Positions 37,917 through 47,673 of a DNA stretch of 64,000 nucleotides are shown here, one piece after another. The notes under the pieces were generated by a model. The model was not told the DNA's origin and made no database searches. It saw only the letters and a list, made by a program, of their open reading frames with translations. Made by a program: the position numbers and the translations under genes. Source of the DNA: Phycisphaerales bacterium (GTDB taxonomy: Bacteria > Planctomycetota > Phycisphaerae > Phycisphaerales > UBA1924); assembly GCA_029260375.1 (NCBI GenBank), contig JAJDDI010000009.1, positions 34,275 to 98,274 on the forward strand, given 5' to 3'. Within the stretch, counting starts at the first letter, position 1. Each line of letters opens with the position of its first letter.

Positions 37917-39365
37917 TCAATCGTCGGCCTTCTTGGTCGAAGCCTTCTTCTTGGTGGTCTTCTTCTTGGCGGGCTCCGACGCCCCGGCCTCGGCCTTCAT
38001 GCGCTCGTTGAAGTCGTCGGGGCTGACCTCTTCGACCTCGGCCTTGTCGAGGATCGCGTCGGTCGTCTTGTGCTCGCGAATCTGCTGGACGAGCGCCTGG
38101 ACGCGGTTGTTCTGGATCAGCTCCTGGCGGAGCTTCTCGGGACGCTCGCCCTGCTCCAGGGCCATCTGTGAGATCATCGCGTTGACCTCGGCTTCCTCGA
38201 TCTGCACGCTCAGGTCCTCGCCCGCCTTGGCGAGGATGAACAGCATCTTGAGCTCGCGCACCGCGTCGGACGCGCTGGCGGCCCGCAGCTCGGCGATGTG
38301 CTCCTCGATCTGCTGCGGGTCGGCGCCGCGGTACATCAGCTCCATGCGCCGGCGCTCGAAGTTGCGGACCGCCTGGCTCGCGGTCAGGCGCTGGGGCAGC
38401 TCGAACTCGGTGTTCTCGAGCAGGTGCTTCATGATCTGCTGACGCATGACGGTCTTCTGCTGGGTCTCGGCCCGCTGCTGGAGGCGGCTGGCCATGCCCT
38501 CGCGGAGCTGGTCCTCGTTCTCCAGACCGAACTTGGCCACGACGTCCGTCAGGGGCGCGGGGATGATGGTGTCCACGCGCTCGACGGCGAAAGTAACGGT
38601 CAGGTCGGCGCCGCGGATCTCTTCGACCTCGTGGTTCTCGGGGCCCTTGACCTTGATCTCGATGCTGTCGCCCGGCTTGGGCGTGCCCAGCTGCGTGGCC
38701 AGGTCATCGACCATGACTCCGAGGATCATGCCCTTGCCGTCGGAACCCTTCTCGGGCACGCGGACGACGGCGCCCTCGATGTCGTGGAAGGTCTTGTCGT
38801 CGCCGCTCACCTTGCCGGTCATCGTGCCGCGACCGGTGATGTAGTCGCCCGGCTCGGCCTTGTCGCGCTGCTCGAGCGAGCCCTCGTTGATGCAGAGCTT
38901 CTCAATCTCGGCGTTGATCACGTCTTCCGGGACCTCGGCCGTGGGCTTGAGGACCTTGATGCCCTCAAGGCTGGGCAGATCGAACTCGGGGACGACCTCG
39001 ACCTCGACGTCGAAGGACAGCGGCTTGCCCTCCTCGACCTCGGCGGTGGCGAAGGTCTCGGAGCTGGGCTCGCCCAGGACCTTGAGCGAGTTCTGCTCGA
39101 CCGCCTCGGCGTAGGCCGAGCTCATGAGCTGGCGCTTGGTCTCCTCACGGAGCGAGGAGCCGAAGCGCTTCTCGATGAGACGGCGCGGGGCGCGTCCCTT
39201 GCGGAAGCCCGGGATGGGGGCCTCGTGCATCATGGTGTCGAGCGACTCGCCCAGCTTGGTGGTCACGACATCCGCCGGGATCTCGATCTGAATCTTTTTA
39301 CGGCATGGGCCCGCATCCTCGACCGTCACCTTGTTCGACGATCCCTCGGTCATCACATCCGTCAT
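37917..39365 (-). CDS. tig: Trigger factor
   Basis: Start moved to ATG 39365 (MTDVMTEGSSNKVTVEDAGPCRKKIQIEIP...). PGFRKGRAPRRLIEKRFG ribosome-binding signature. Lys-rich C-terminal tail. Confidence 0.9.
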   Translation of the reverse strand: MTDVMTEGSSNKVTVEDAGPCRKKIQIEIPADVVTTKLGESLDTMMHEAPIPGFRKGRAPRRLIEKRFGSSLREETKRQLMSSAYAEAVEQNSLKVLGEPSSETFATAEVEEGKPLSFDVEVEVVPEFDLPSLEGIKVLKPTAEVPEDVINAEIEKLCINEGSLEQRDKAEPGDYITGRGTMTGKVSGDDKTFHDIEGAVVRVPEKGSDGKGMILGVMVDDLATQLGTPKPGDSIEIKVKGPENHEVEEIRGADLTVTFAVERVDTIIPAPLTDVVAKFGLENEDQLREGMASRLQQRAETQQKTVMRQQIMKHLLENTEFELPQRLTASQAVRNFERRRMELMYRGADPQQIEEHIAELRAASASDAVRELKMLFILAKAGEDLSVQIEEAEVNAMISQMALEQGERPEKLRQELIQNNRVQALVQQIREHKTTDAILDKAEVEEVSPDDFNERMKAEAGASEPAKKKTTKKKASTKKADD

Positions 39366-39622
39366 GTCTCGGTCTCCGCGCGTGTATGAGTGAGTCGCCG
39401 ACGCCCCAGGACGCGCCCCAGACCAGCGCCGGCAGGTGGGGAGTCTACGCACGCCGGTCCAGACGCCGATCGGGGTCATGTTAAACAGACCCGGGCACGG
39501 CGTTCGGCGCGAAAATAATGTCGTTTGTGAGCGTCGAAGGGGCTTCGCGCCGAGGCGGATCTTCACTCTGCTCAGGCGTTGTGATAGGGTCAGGGGCCGG
39601 AACCCCGGCAGGAGAGAGCAAC

Positions 39623-40432
39623 ATGCTGCGAGTTGGATACGGTCTGATGGTGGGCGCGGCGATCGGGGCCCACGCTGCCGCGGGGCCCGAGTGGATGGAG
39701 ATGGGCGACGCCGGTCGCACGCCGGCGCAGGCCCAGCCCGTCACGGGCAACGGATCGGGCGTCCTCATCATCTCGGGGCGGCTTGGCGGGACCGGCCTAG
39801 TCAACGGCGTGGGCGACTTCCACGACGTGTACCTCATCCGCATCGATGACCCGGAGAGTTTCCGGGCAACCACGCTCGTCGAGTTTGAGGGCTTCGCGGC
39901 GTTCGATGCCGAGCTGTTCCTCTTCCAAGCGGACGGCCCGGAGGGGTTCGGCCTGCTGGCCAACCTGGACGCGTCAGCCGCGACCACGGACCCGCTGATC
40001 ACACCCATGGCGACCGACGGGTCGCAGGCGTCGATCCAGGAGCCCGGGCTGTACTACCTGGCGATCAGCGGCAAGCCCGCCGTCCCGATCAGCTTCGACG
40101 GGCCGATCTTCAACTTCGCGTCTCAGACCGAGGTCTCGGGCCCCGACGGCAACGGGGGCTTCAACGCGTTCTCTGACTGGCTGAGCGACGGCGAGACGGG
40201 CGACTACAAGGTCGGGCTTCGGGGCGTGGTGAGCATCCCGATCAGCGAGATCGGGTGCGATCCCGCGGACATCGCGCCGCCGTACGGGGTGCACGACATG
40301 ACCGACGTGCTGTTGTTCCTCTCCGAGTTTAGCGGCGGGGTGCTGGACCTGACGGACCTGGCGCCGCCTATGGGCTCGCTCGATTTCTCCGATGTCGTTG
40401 CGTTCTTGCTTGAGTTTGCCGACGGCTGCTGA
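39623..40432 (+). CDS. Secreted protein: EMGDAG...FDAELFLF domain + Cys-bracketed double dockerin-like module
   Basis: Start at ATG 39623. Signal MLRVGYGLMVGAAIGAHAAAG. C-terminus GCDPADIAPPYGVHDMTDVLLFLSEF...LAPPMGSLDFSDVVAFLLEFADGC. Confidence 0.7.
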   Translation: MLRVGYGLMVGAAIGAHAAAGPEWMEMGDAGRTPAQAQPVTGNGSGVLIISGRLGGTGLVNGVGDFHDVYLIRIDDPESFRATTLVEFEGFAAFDAELFLFQADGPEGFGLLANLDASAATTDPLITPMATDGSQASIQEPGLYYLAISGKPAVPISFDGPIFNFASQTEVSGPDGNGGFNAFSDWLSDGETGDYKVGLRGVVSIPISEIGCDPADIAPPYGVHDMTDVLLFLSEFSGGVLDLTDLAPPMGSLDFSDVVAFLLEFADGC

Positions 40433-40480
40433 GTGTGTGTCTCGCGCCGTCTGAGTTGTCGCGTAGAGAGGGTGTTGAAC

Positions 40481-41287
40481 ATGCGAAGCCAATGCATCGC
40501 GATCGTGATGGCGCTCGGGACGTGCGCCGTCGCGGGGCCCGAATGGATGGAGATGGGCGAGGCGGGGAGTTTCCCGGCGGACGCGGAGGCCGTGACCGGC
40601 GCCGGCGTCGATCCGGTGACGAAGATCTCGGGCCGCCTTGAGGGGACGGGGCTGCTAACCGGCTCACCCGGCATGGCTGACTTTCAGGACATGTACCTGA
40701 TCCAGATCGATGACGCCTCGGCCTTCCGGGCCTCGACGCTCGCGGACTTCGGCGGGTTCGCGGGATTCGACGCCCAGCTTTTCCTGTTCAAGACCGACGG
40801 CACGGGCCTGCTGGCAAACCTCGACTCGGCGACGTTCAGCACCCACCCGCTGCTGCTCCCGTTCTCCAACGACGGCACGGGCGTGCAGATCGAGGGACCT
40901 GGGCTCTACCTGCTGGCGATCAGCGGGAGGCCGTCGGCCCCGGGCAACGCCAACGGGCCGATCTTCCAGTTCGGGGCGCCCACGGAGAACTCGGGACCCG
41001 ACGGCAATGGCGGGTTCGCGCCGATCGATCTCTGGAGTGGCCCGGGCGAGACCGGGCGGTACGAGATCGGGCTGATCGGCGTGGTCACCATCCCCATCGG
41101 CGAGGTCGGCTGCGACCCGGCGGACCTTGCCGAGCCGTACGGCGTACACGATTTCTCCGATATCGTCGTGTTCCTGTCGCAGTTCGGCGCGGGGATTCTT
41201 GATCTGACGGATCTCGCCCCGCCGTTCGGTGTGCTCGACTTCTCGGATGTGGTCGCGTTCCTGACCGAGTTCGCGGACGGCTGCTAG
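40481..41287 (+). CDS. Tandem paralog of 39623..40432 (same two-domain architecture)
   Basis: Start at ATG 40481. GPEWMEMGEAGSFPADAE...FDAQLFLFKTDGTG...GCDPADLAEPYGVHDFSDIVVFLSQF...FGVLDFSDVVAFLTEFADGC. Confidence 0.7.
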   Translation: MRSQCIAIVMALGTCAVAGPEWMEMGEAGSFPADAEAVTGAGVDPVTKISGRLEGTGLLTGSPGMADFQDMYLIQIDDASAFRASTLADFGGFAGFDAQLFLFKTDGTGLLANLDSATFSTHPLLLPFSNDGTGVQIEGPGLYLLAISGRPSAPGNANGPIFQFGAPTENSGPDGNGGFAPIDLWSGPGETGRYEIGLIGVVTIPIGEVGCDPADLAEPYGVHDFSDIVVFLSQFGAGILDLTDLAPPFGVLDFSDVVAFLTEFADGC

Positions 41288-43599
41288 GGGCGGGTGGGCG
41301 ACAGCAGCCCGAGTCGCGTCGCCCGGTCCTCGCTCTCGCGACGCACGCGGTCGCCCGCGTCTCGCACGTCCATGAGAATCGCCCGCGATCGCGCGGCGGG
41401 CTCGACCGCCTCCTGAGCGCGCCCCTGCTCAATCAGAGATTGCGCAAGCACACCCAGCGCCTGACCCATCCGCCAGCTGCGGTCACTCCAGCGCGACTCG
41501 AAGGCGGCCATCGCGAGCCTCGCGGACGCCTCGGCATCTTCGGGCCGATCCAGCGCAAGCAGGAGCCTCGCTTCGAGCACCAGGGCCTCGCCCGTATTCG
41601 GATGTTCAAGCCCGAATCGGGCTTCGAGGCGCTCAACGCACGCTGACACGGACGCAAGCGCGTTCCCAAGATCATGCTCTTCGAGCAGGTCCAGTTGGGC
41701 GATTGCGACGCGCGTTCGGATGGTGTCTGGCTCGTCCCCGTGCACCAACTTGACGGCGATCGCCTGGTCCAGCAGGGTACGAGCCGCCTGGTATTCGCCA
41801 AGATCGATCAGACAGATCCCGAGCCCGTGCGCCGTTCGTGCCGTCCGCCAGTCCTGCTCGCCAGAGATCTCGCTGATCTGCCCGAGCGCCTCGGCGTACA
41901 AATCGCTCGCTTCACGATGGCGCCCGACCTCGTGGAGGAAGGAGCCGTACCCGACGAGCGTGTTGGGAATGTCCGCGTGATCGGCGGGGAGGACCTTGCG
42001 TCGGATGCGGATCGCTTCGAGCCAGAGATGCTCGGATTCGTTGAATGCGCCCTTGCCCTGGAGCGTCGCGGCCAGGTGGTGGATCGACCTCGCCGTCTCA
42101 ATATGCTCAGGCCCGAGGTGGCTGGACCGGATCCGGAGCGCTTGCCGGTACTCAAGCTCCGCCTCGTCGTACTCCGCCCGCCACCAGAGCACACGCCCGA
42201 GATCGTGGTGGGCCGAGGCGAGCGCGACCGGGTTGGCGCGCGGGATGCTCTGCCACAGGCGCAGCGCCTCCCGCAGCTCGTGCTCGGCCTTCTCGAGCTT
42301 GCGCATGCCCAGGTACGCGAGACCGATCGTCGAACGGAGCGGGGCCTCGTACCGCGGGTAGCGGTCCAAACGCTCACCGACGTCGACCGAGATCTGATCG
42401 AGCAGACCCTCCAGGTCTCGGACCTCTTCGACGGGCGTTGCGGTCTCGAAGTCGATCCCGGCGATTGGCGTGACGAGCGAGCCGGCGACATCGGCGAAGC
42501 GTGACGCCTGCCTGGCCTTGATCATCGACTGCACGCCGAAGCCGCTGGCGATGAGTACGAGCGAGAGCAGCCCGGCCCCGACCAGAATCCCGACCCGGTG
42601 ACGGACGACGTACTTCCTCGCGAGGTACGCCCGCTCGTGCTCGCGGGCCCGCACGGGCTGGCCCGAGATCGCCCGCTTCAGCTCGTCGCGCAGCTGGCCC
42701 GCGGTCTGGTACCGCTGCGCCGGGTTCCGCTCCAGGGCCTTGCGGAGGACCGCGTCCAGGTCGCGCGAGACCGCGGGGTTGATCGACGAGGCGCGCCGGG
42801 CGTCGTTCTGGGTGACGTTGCGGATCGCCTCGGCGATCGACAGGTCCTGGCCCCCGCTGGGGCGGGTGCCGGTGAGGGCCTCGTAGAGCATGACTCCCAG
42901 GGCGTAGACGTCGGCGCGGGTGTCGATCAGGTCCGGGCTGCCGCCGAGCTGCTCGGGGGCGGCGTAGCTGAGGGTGCCCAGGAAGTCACCCGTCTTGGTC
43001 GTGCCGCGCTCGCTGCCCGCGGCCTTGGCGATGCCGAAGTCCAGCACCACGGGGCGCCCGTCGTCGGTGACCATGACGTTGCCGGGCTTGATGTCGCGGT
43101 GGATCACGCCGCGCCGGTGGGCGTACTCGATCGCGTCGCACACCGCCAGGTACAGGCGGACGATCTCGCGGCACTGCGCTTCGGTCGGCAGCCCATCGGC
43201 GTGAAAGTGCTCTTCGACGAAGGCGTCGAAGCGGGAGCCGTCGACAAGCTCCATCGAGATGTACTGGCGCCCCTGCTGGGTCTTGCCGCTCTCGTGGACG
43301 GTGACGATGCTGGGGTGGCGGAGCTGGGCGGCGAGCTCGATCTCTCGCACGAACCGGGCGCGGTCGGCGTCGGAGGCCAGGGCCCCGTCGAGCAGGAGCT
43401 TGATCGCGACGTTTCGCTTGGTGGTCTGCTGGTAGGCGGCGAGGACGACGCCCTGGCCGCCGCGGTGGAGCTCTCGCTCGAGGCGGTAGCCGGGGATGCG
43501 GTCGTCGCAGACCGCGTCCTGGCCGGTCTGCTCACGCAGGACCTGCCCGAACTCGGCGAGCAGGTCGTCGTCGGCGTGATGGAGCGACGCCTCGTCCAC
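41284..43599 (-). CDS. Ser/Thr protein kinase with TM segment and C-terminal TPR repeats
   Basis: Kinase motifs GGQGVVLAA...VAIKLL, HRDIKPGNVMV, DFGIAK, APEQ. TM VGILVGAGLLSLVLIASGF. Many TPR-like repeats. Confidence 0.9.
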   Translation of the reverse strand: MDEASLHHADDDLLAEFGQVLREQTGQDAVCDDRIPGYRLERELHRGGQGVVLAAYQQTTKRNVAIKLLLDGALASDADRARFVREIELAAQLRHPSIVTVHESGKTQQGRQYISMELVDGSRFDAFVEEHFHADGLPTEAQCREIVRLYLAVCDAIEYAHRRGVIHRDIKPGNVMVTDDGRPVVLDFGIAKAAGSERGTTKTGDFLGTLSYAAPEQLGGSPDLIDTRADVYALGVMLYEALTGTRPSGGQDLSIAEAIRNVTQNDARRASSINPAVSRDLDAVLRKALERNPAQRYQTAGQLRDELKRAISGQPVRAREHERAYLARKYVVRHRVGILVGAGLLSLVLIASGFGVQSMIKARQASRFADVAGSLVTPIAGIDFETATPVEEVRDLEGLLDQISVDVGERLDRYPRYEAPLRSTIGLAYLGMRKLEKAEHELREALRLWQSIPRANPVALASAHHDLGRVLWWRAEYDEAELEYRQALRIRSSHLGPEHIETARSIHHLAATLQGKGAFNESEHLWLEAIRIRRKVLPADHADIPNTLVGYGSFLHEVGRHREASDLYAEALGQISEISGEQDWRTARTAHGLGICLIDLGEYQAARTLLDQAIAVKLVHGDEPDTIRTRVAIAQLDLLEEHDLGNALASVSACVERLEARFGLEHPNTGEALVLEARLLLALDRPEDAEASARLAMAAFESRWSDRSWRMGQALGVLAQSLIEQGRAQEAVEPAARSRAILMDVRDAGDRVRRESEDRATRLGLLSPTRP

Positions 43600-43601
43600 G
43601 C

Positions 43602-44204
43602 CTATTCCTCCGCGTCGTAGACGCTCTCGATCTTCGTCACCACCTCGCGAAGGCGCTGGGCGACGCGGCTCTTGGCCCGGTAGACGTCCTGGGCCGTCAG
43701 GCCCAGCTCGTCGGCGACGTCCTGGGCCGAGCGGTTGTCCCGCGCGAGCATCTCAAAGATATGAACCGACTGGTCGCTCGTCTTGCTGACCTTGCGGAGC
43801 TCGTCGATCGCCTGGAGCAGGATCGTGCGCCGGCGTTCGACGTCCCACGCGTCGCTGGTGGTCTTCTCGTCGGGCACGCCGCCCACGAAGGTGACCCCCT
43901 GCTGCTCCTTGCGGACCGCCCGGGCGCGGTACTGCCCGGCGACCCGGGTCCGGAGAATGGTCAGCAGCCAGGACCGCAAGCGTCCGCGGTCGCGGTCGTA
44001 CTTGTTCTCGCGGTACTCCTTGACAAAGGTCGCCAGGGTTTCCTGGGCGGCGTCCTGGGCGTCGGCCTCGCTGAGCCCGAGGCGGCGGGCGACGCCGATC
44101 ATGATCGGGACGTACCGCCCGTAGAACGACGCCCACGCCTCGGCGTTGTCAACATCGTGCAGACCCTGGAGCAGGGCGGTGGTGGTCCGGGTCAGATCAA
44201 GCAT
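43602..44204 (-). CDS. ECF-type sigma-70 family RNA polymerase sigma factor
   Basis: Region 2 (DAQDAAQETLATFVKEY...SWLLTILR) and region 4 HTH (SAQDVADELGLTAQDVYRAKSRVAQRLRE). Its stop is 2 nt before the kinase start. Confidence 0.85.
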   Translation of the reverse strand: MLDLTRTTTALLQGLHDVDNAEAWASFYGRYVPIMIGVARRLGLSEADAQDAAQETLATFVKEYRENKYDRDRGRLRSWLLTILRTRVAGQYRARAVRKEQQGVTFVGGVPDEKTTSDAWDVERRRTILLQAIDELRKVSKTSDQSVHIFEMLARDNRSAQDVADELGLTAQDVYRAKSRVAQRLREVVTKIESVYDAEE

Positions 44205-44281
44205 CTCGCTCGGATTCTACGCGTTCTCCCTATGGGGTCCGAGACCCGCCCGCCCGCGGGTGCAACAATCCGGGGCTCTTG

Positions 44282-44365
44282 GCCGGAGTGGCGGAACTGG
44301 CAGACGCGGCGGATTCAAAATCCGCTGGCCGAAAGGTCTTGGGGGTTCGAGTCCCCCCTCCGGCA
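44282..44365 (+). tRNA. tRNA-Leu (anticodon CAA)
   Basis: Acceptor gccggag/ctccggc. Anticodon arm gcgga-ttCAAaa-tccgc. Long variable arm. T arm ggggg-ttcgagt-ccccc. No encoded CCA. Confidence 0.9.
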
Positions 44366-44450
44366 CTTTCCGTATCTGTTGGGCGTCGGGCCTACCCTTG
44401 CCTCCCGGGCAGCGAGCCCCGAACTTCACCGATTGCCGGAGCCGAACGAG

Positions 44451-44759
44451 ATGAGCGAGAACCCGCAGCAGCAGCAGGTCCAGGTCCGCTTCGACGAGTC
44501 GAAGATGGCCTCCACGTACGCCAACACGATCCGTTCGATGAGCACGGGCGACGAGGTGGTGCTGGACTTTGGCATGAACCTGCCCATGCAGGGCCCGAAC
44601 AACGAGCCGATGATGATGATCACGGTCGGTTCGCGGGTGATCATGAACTGGGTCGCCGCCAAGCGTCTGGCGATGCAGGTGGGCAACGCCGTGCGTCAGT
44701 ACGAGGAGCGCAACGGCGAGATCCCGCTGGGACAGCCGCAGGGTCCCGCGGGCGTCTGA
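44451..44759 (+). CDS. Small DUF3467-like protein
   Basis: 102 aa. QVRFDESKMASTYANTIRSMSTGDEVVLDFG...ITVGSRVIMNWVAAKRL. Family assignment is from memory. Confidence 0.5.
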   Translation: MSENPQQQQVQVRFDESKMASTYANTIRSMSTGDEVVLDFGMNLPMQGPNNEPMMMITVGSRVIMNWVAAKRLAMQVGNAVRQYEERNGEIPLGQPQGPAGV

Positions 44760-44870
44760 GCGCGGTCGCGGGAAACATGACGGGAAGGGCGCCCGCGCGC
44801 ATCCCCGTGCCGGGCGCCGGATGGGTTCGCAGGACGTGAACCCGAGCCGGGTCTCAGCTGTACGGAGAGC

Positions 44871-45866
44871 ATGCGCATGAGCGTGACACAGACGGAACTC
44901 GCCAGAGAGGTCGAGGTCCACGCCGCCCCGATCCGCACGCTGACGACCGAGGTCGAGCGTGTGGTGGTCGGGCAGTCGGTGATGGTCTCGCGCCTGCTGA
45001 TCGGGCTGCTGACGGGCGGGCACGTGCTGCTCGAGGGCGTACCCGGGCTGGCCAAGACACTGACGATCTCGACGCTGGCCAAGGCCGTGCATGCGGACTT
45101 TGCGAGGCTGCAGTTCACGCCCGACCTGCTGCCGGCGGACCTGATCGGCACGCTGATCTACTCGCCCAAGGACGGGACGTTCAGCCCGCGGAAGGGCCCG
45201 ATCTTCGCCAATCTGGTGCTGGCCGACGAGATCAACCGGGCGCCGGCCAAGGTCCAGTCTGCGCTGCTCGAGGCGATGCAGGAGCGATCGGTCACGATCG
45301 GCGACACGACCTACCCGCTGGACGATCCGTTCCTGGTCCTGGCGACGCAGAACCCGATCGAGCAGGAGGGCACGTACCCGCTGCCCGAGGCCCAGGTGGA
45401 CCGGTTCATGCTCAAGATCCGCGTCGGGTACCCGACCAAGGACAACGAGCGGAGCATCATCGACCGGATGGCCAGCAGCCAGCCGAAGATCGAGGTCAAC
45501 CCGGTAATCTCGCTCGACGAGATCCGGGCGTCGCGGGCGGTCGTGGACCAGATCCATCTCGACGAGCGGCTGCGGGACTACATCGTGGACCTGATCCACA
45601 CCACGCGCGAGCCGCAGGCCTCGGGGCTGAAGCTGGCGCGATTGATTGAGTTCGGGGCCTCGCCACGGGCGTCGATCGCGCTGGCGCAGGCGAGCCGGGC
45701 GCACGCGTTCCTGGAGGGGCGGGCGTTCGTGACCCCGTCTGATATCAAGGCGATCGCGATGGACGTGCTACGCCACCGCGTGGCCGTGAGCTACGAGGGC
45801 GAGGCCGAGAACGTGACGAGCGAGGACGTGGTGCGCACGATCCTGGACCACGTCCCGGTTCCCTGA
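44871..45866 (+). CDS. MoxR-family AAA+ ATPase
   Basis: HVLLEGVPGLAKTL (Walker A), ANLVLADEINRAPAKVQSALLEAMQE (Walker B/sensor), GASPRASIAL. Confidence 0.9.
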   Translation: MRMSVTQTELAREVEVHAAPIRTLTTEVERVVVGQSVMVSRLLIGLLTGGHVLLEGVPGLAKTLTISTLAKAVHADFARLQFTPDLLPADLIGTLIYSPKDGTFSPRKGPIFANLVLADEINRAPAKVQSALLEAMQERSVTIGDTTYPLDDPFLVLATQNPIEQEGTYPLPEAQVDRFMLKIRVGYPTKDNERSIIDRMASSQPKIEVNPVISLDEIRASRAVVDQIHLDERLRDYIVDLIHTTREPQASGLKLARLIEFGASPRASIALAQASRAHAFLEGRAFVTPSDIKAIAMDVLRHRVAVSYEGEAENVTSEDVVRTILDHVPVP

Positions 45867-45880
45867 GGGAGAAGCGGGCG

Positions 45881-46771
45881 GTGCTCACCGAAGAGTTGAT
45901 GCGTGAGGTACGACGGCTGGAGATCCGTGCTCGGCGGCGCGTGAGCGATCTCTTCGCGGGTGAGTACCACAGCGCGTTCAAGGGCCAGGGCATCGAGTTT
46001 GCCGACGTGCGCGAGTACGAGCCGGGCGACGACGTGCGGTCGATCGACTGGAACGTCACGGCCCGGGCGGGCAAGCCGTTCATCAAGCGGTTCAGCGAGG
46101 AGCGGCAGCTCTCGGTCGTGCTGGTGGTGGACCTGAGCGCGTCGGGGCTGTTCGGCTCCGGGGACAAGTCCAAGGCACGGCTGATGGCGGAGATGGGCGC
46201 CGTGCTGGCCATGGCCGCGGCCCGCAACAACGACCGCGTCGGGATGATGACCTTCTCCGACCAGATCGAGCTGTTCATCCCGCCCCGCAAGGGACGCAAC
46301 GGGCTTCTGCGGCTGATGCGTGAGCTGCTCGACGCCGAGCCCAGGGGGCGGGGGCGGGCGTTCGCCGATGCGCTCTCGACGCTGCGCGGCGTGCTGGACC
46401 GCCACTCGATCGTGTTCGTGATCTCGGACTTTCTCGATGAATCCTCGGGTGATCCGGACTGGGAGCTCCCGCTCCGCCTGCTCGCGCGCCGGCACGACGT
46501 GGTGGCGCTGCGGGTCTCGGACCCACGCGAGCGCCAGCTGCCCGCGATCGGGCTGATCGAGCTGGAAGACCCGGAGTCGGGCGGGCGGGTGCTGGTGGAC
46601 ACCTCCGGGCGATCGGGGCGGGCCAGGCGCCGGCGCGCGGCCGACGAGCACGAGCAGCGACTCCGGTCGATCTTCCGGCGCGACCGGGTGGACCTGGTCG
46701 ATATCTCGACGGACCGTCCCTTTGCCGACGATCTGGCCCGGTACTTTCACCAGCGGGAGCGCCGCCGATAG
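45881..46771 (+). CDS. DUF58-domain protein (MoxR partner)
   Basis: GEYHSAFKGQGIEFADVREYEPGDDVRSIDWNVTAR...VVLVVDLSASG. Confidence 0.85.
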   Translation: MLTEELMREVRRLEIRARRRVSDLFAGEYHSAFKGQGIEFADVREYEPGDDVRSIDWNVTARAGKPFIKRFSEERQLSVVLVVDLSASGLFGSGDKSKARLMAEMGAVLAMAAARNNDRVGMMTFSDQIELFIPPRKGRNGLLRLMRELLDAEPRGRGRAFADALSTLRGVLDRHSIVFVISDFLDESSGDPDWELPLRLLARRHDVVALRVSDPRERQLPAIGLIELEDPESGGRVLVDTSGRSGRARRRRAADEHEQRLRSIFRRDRVDLVDISTDRPFADDLARYFHQRERRR

Positions 46772-46773
46772 TC

Positions 46774-47673
46774 ATGCGGTTTGTGACGTCAGCCATTGTT
46801 CGTCTGTTTGTCCTCGGCACGCTCGCGTGTGCGATGACCGGCTGCGCTCGCAGCGCTGATCCCGGCGAGGGCGAGGCGGCGCTGGTCAGCGTGACACGTT
46901 CCGGTCCCGTCAGCCTCCGCGTCGAGTCGAGCCGCGACACGCTGCGCACGGTCGATCGGGTTGAAGTCCGCGTTTTGGTGACGCTCGGGGACGGCGCGAC
47001 GCTGGACGAGCTGACCATCGATCCCGAGAGCGAGGGGTGGACGGTCGTCACCGACCATCGCGAGGCGCCCCGCGTGCTTGGTGACACGACGGATGTCTTG
47101 CACGTTCGTACGCTCACGCTCGAGCCGTTTCTTGAGGGGGACTACGCGATCCCGAACGTCAGCGCCGCGTGGTCGCAGGGCGAGCGCTCGGGCGTGGCGG
47201 TCACCGAGACGATGGCGATCACCGTGAACTCTGTGCTGGCGGAGGACGACACGCTGGAGATCGGCGGGCTTCGCGAGGCGCCCGCGCCGGTCGATGCCCG
47301 GGCCGGCACACAGGTCGCGCGTTGGGTCATTGCGCTCGTGGGCGCGGGAGCCGTTGCGCTGCTTATGGCCTCGATCAGCCTTGTCCTGTGGCTGAGCCGG
47401 GGGCGATCAGACCCGGCCCGCGCGATCGTCGCCCGCCTCGAGCGGGTCGCCGCGGGTTCGGCCGAGCCCGGCGCGGCCTGCGCCGAGGCCGCCGCGGCAT
47501 TGCGGACAATCGCGCCCGCATCCGGCGCGAAGCGCACCCGGGACCTGATCGACCGGCTTGATGACGCCCGGTTCGAGCCGGGGGGGAGCGGAGCGGATCG
47601 CGCTCGGGCGCTCGTACGCGACGCGGTCGAGCACGCCCGGTCGCTGCTGACCAGACAGGGGGCGCGGACGTGA
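46774..47673 (+). CDS. Lipoprotein/membrane protein of the Bat operon (BatD-like N-part, DUF4381-like C-part)
   Basis: Lipobox LACAMTGC. TM WVIALVGAGAVALLMASISLVLWL. Position between the DUF58 and VWA genes. Confidence 0.5.
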   Translation: MRFVTSAIVRLFVLGTLACAMTGCARSADPGEGEAALVSVTRSGPVSLRVESSRDTLRTVDRVEVRVLVTLGDGATLDELTIDPESEGWTVVTDHREAPRVLGDTTDVLHVRTLTLEPFLEGDYAIPNVSAAWSQGERSGVAVTETMAITVNSVLAEDDTLEIGGLREAPAPVDARAGTQVARWVIALVGAGAVALLMASISLVLWLSRGRSDPARAIVARLERVAAGSAEPGAACAEAAAALRTIAPASGAKRTRDLIDRLDDARFEPGGSGADRARALVRDAVEHARSLLTRQGART

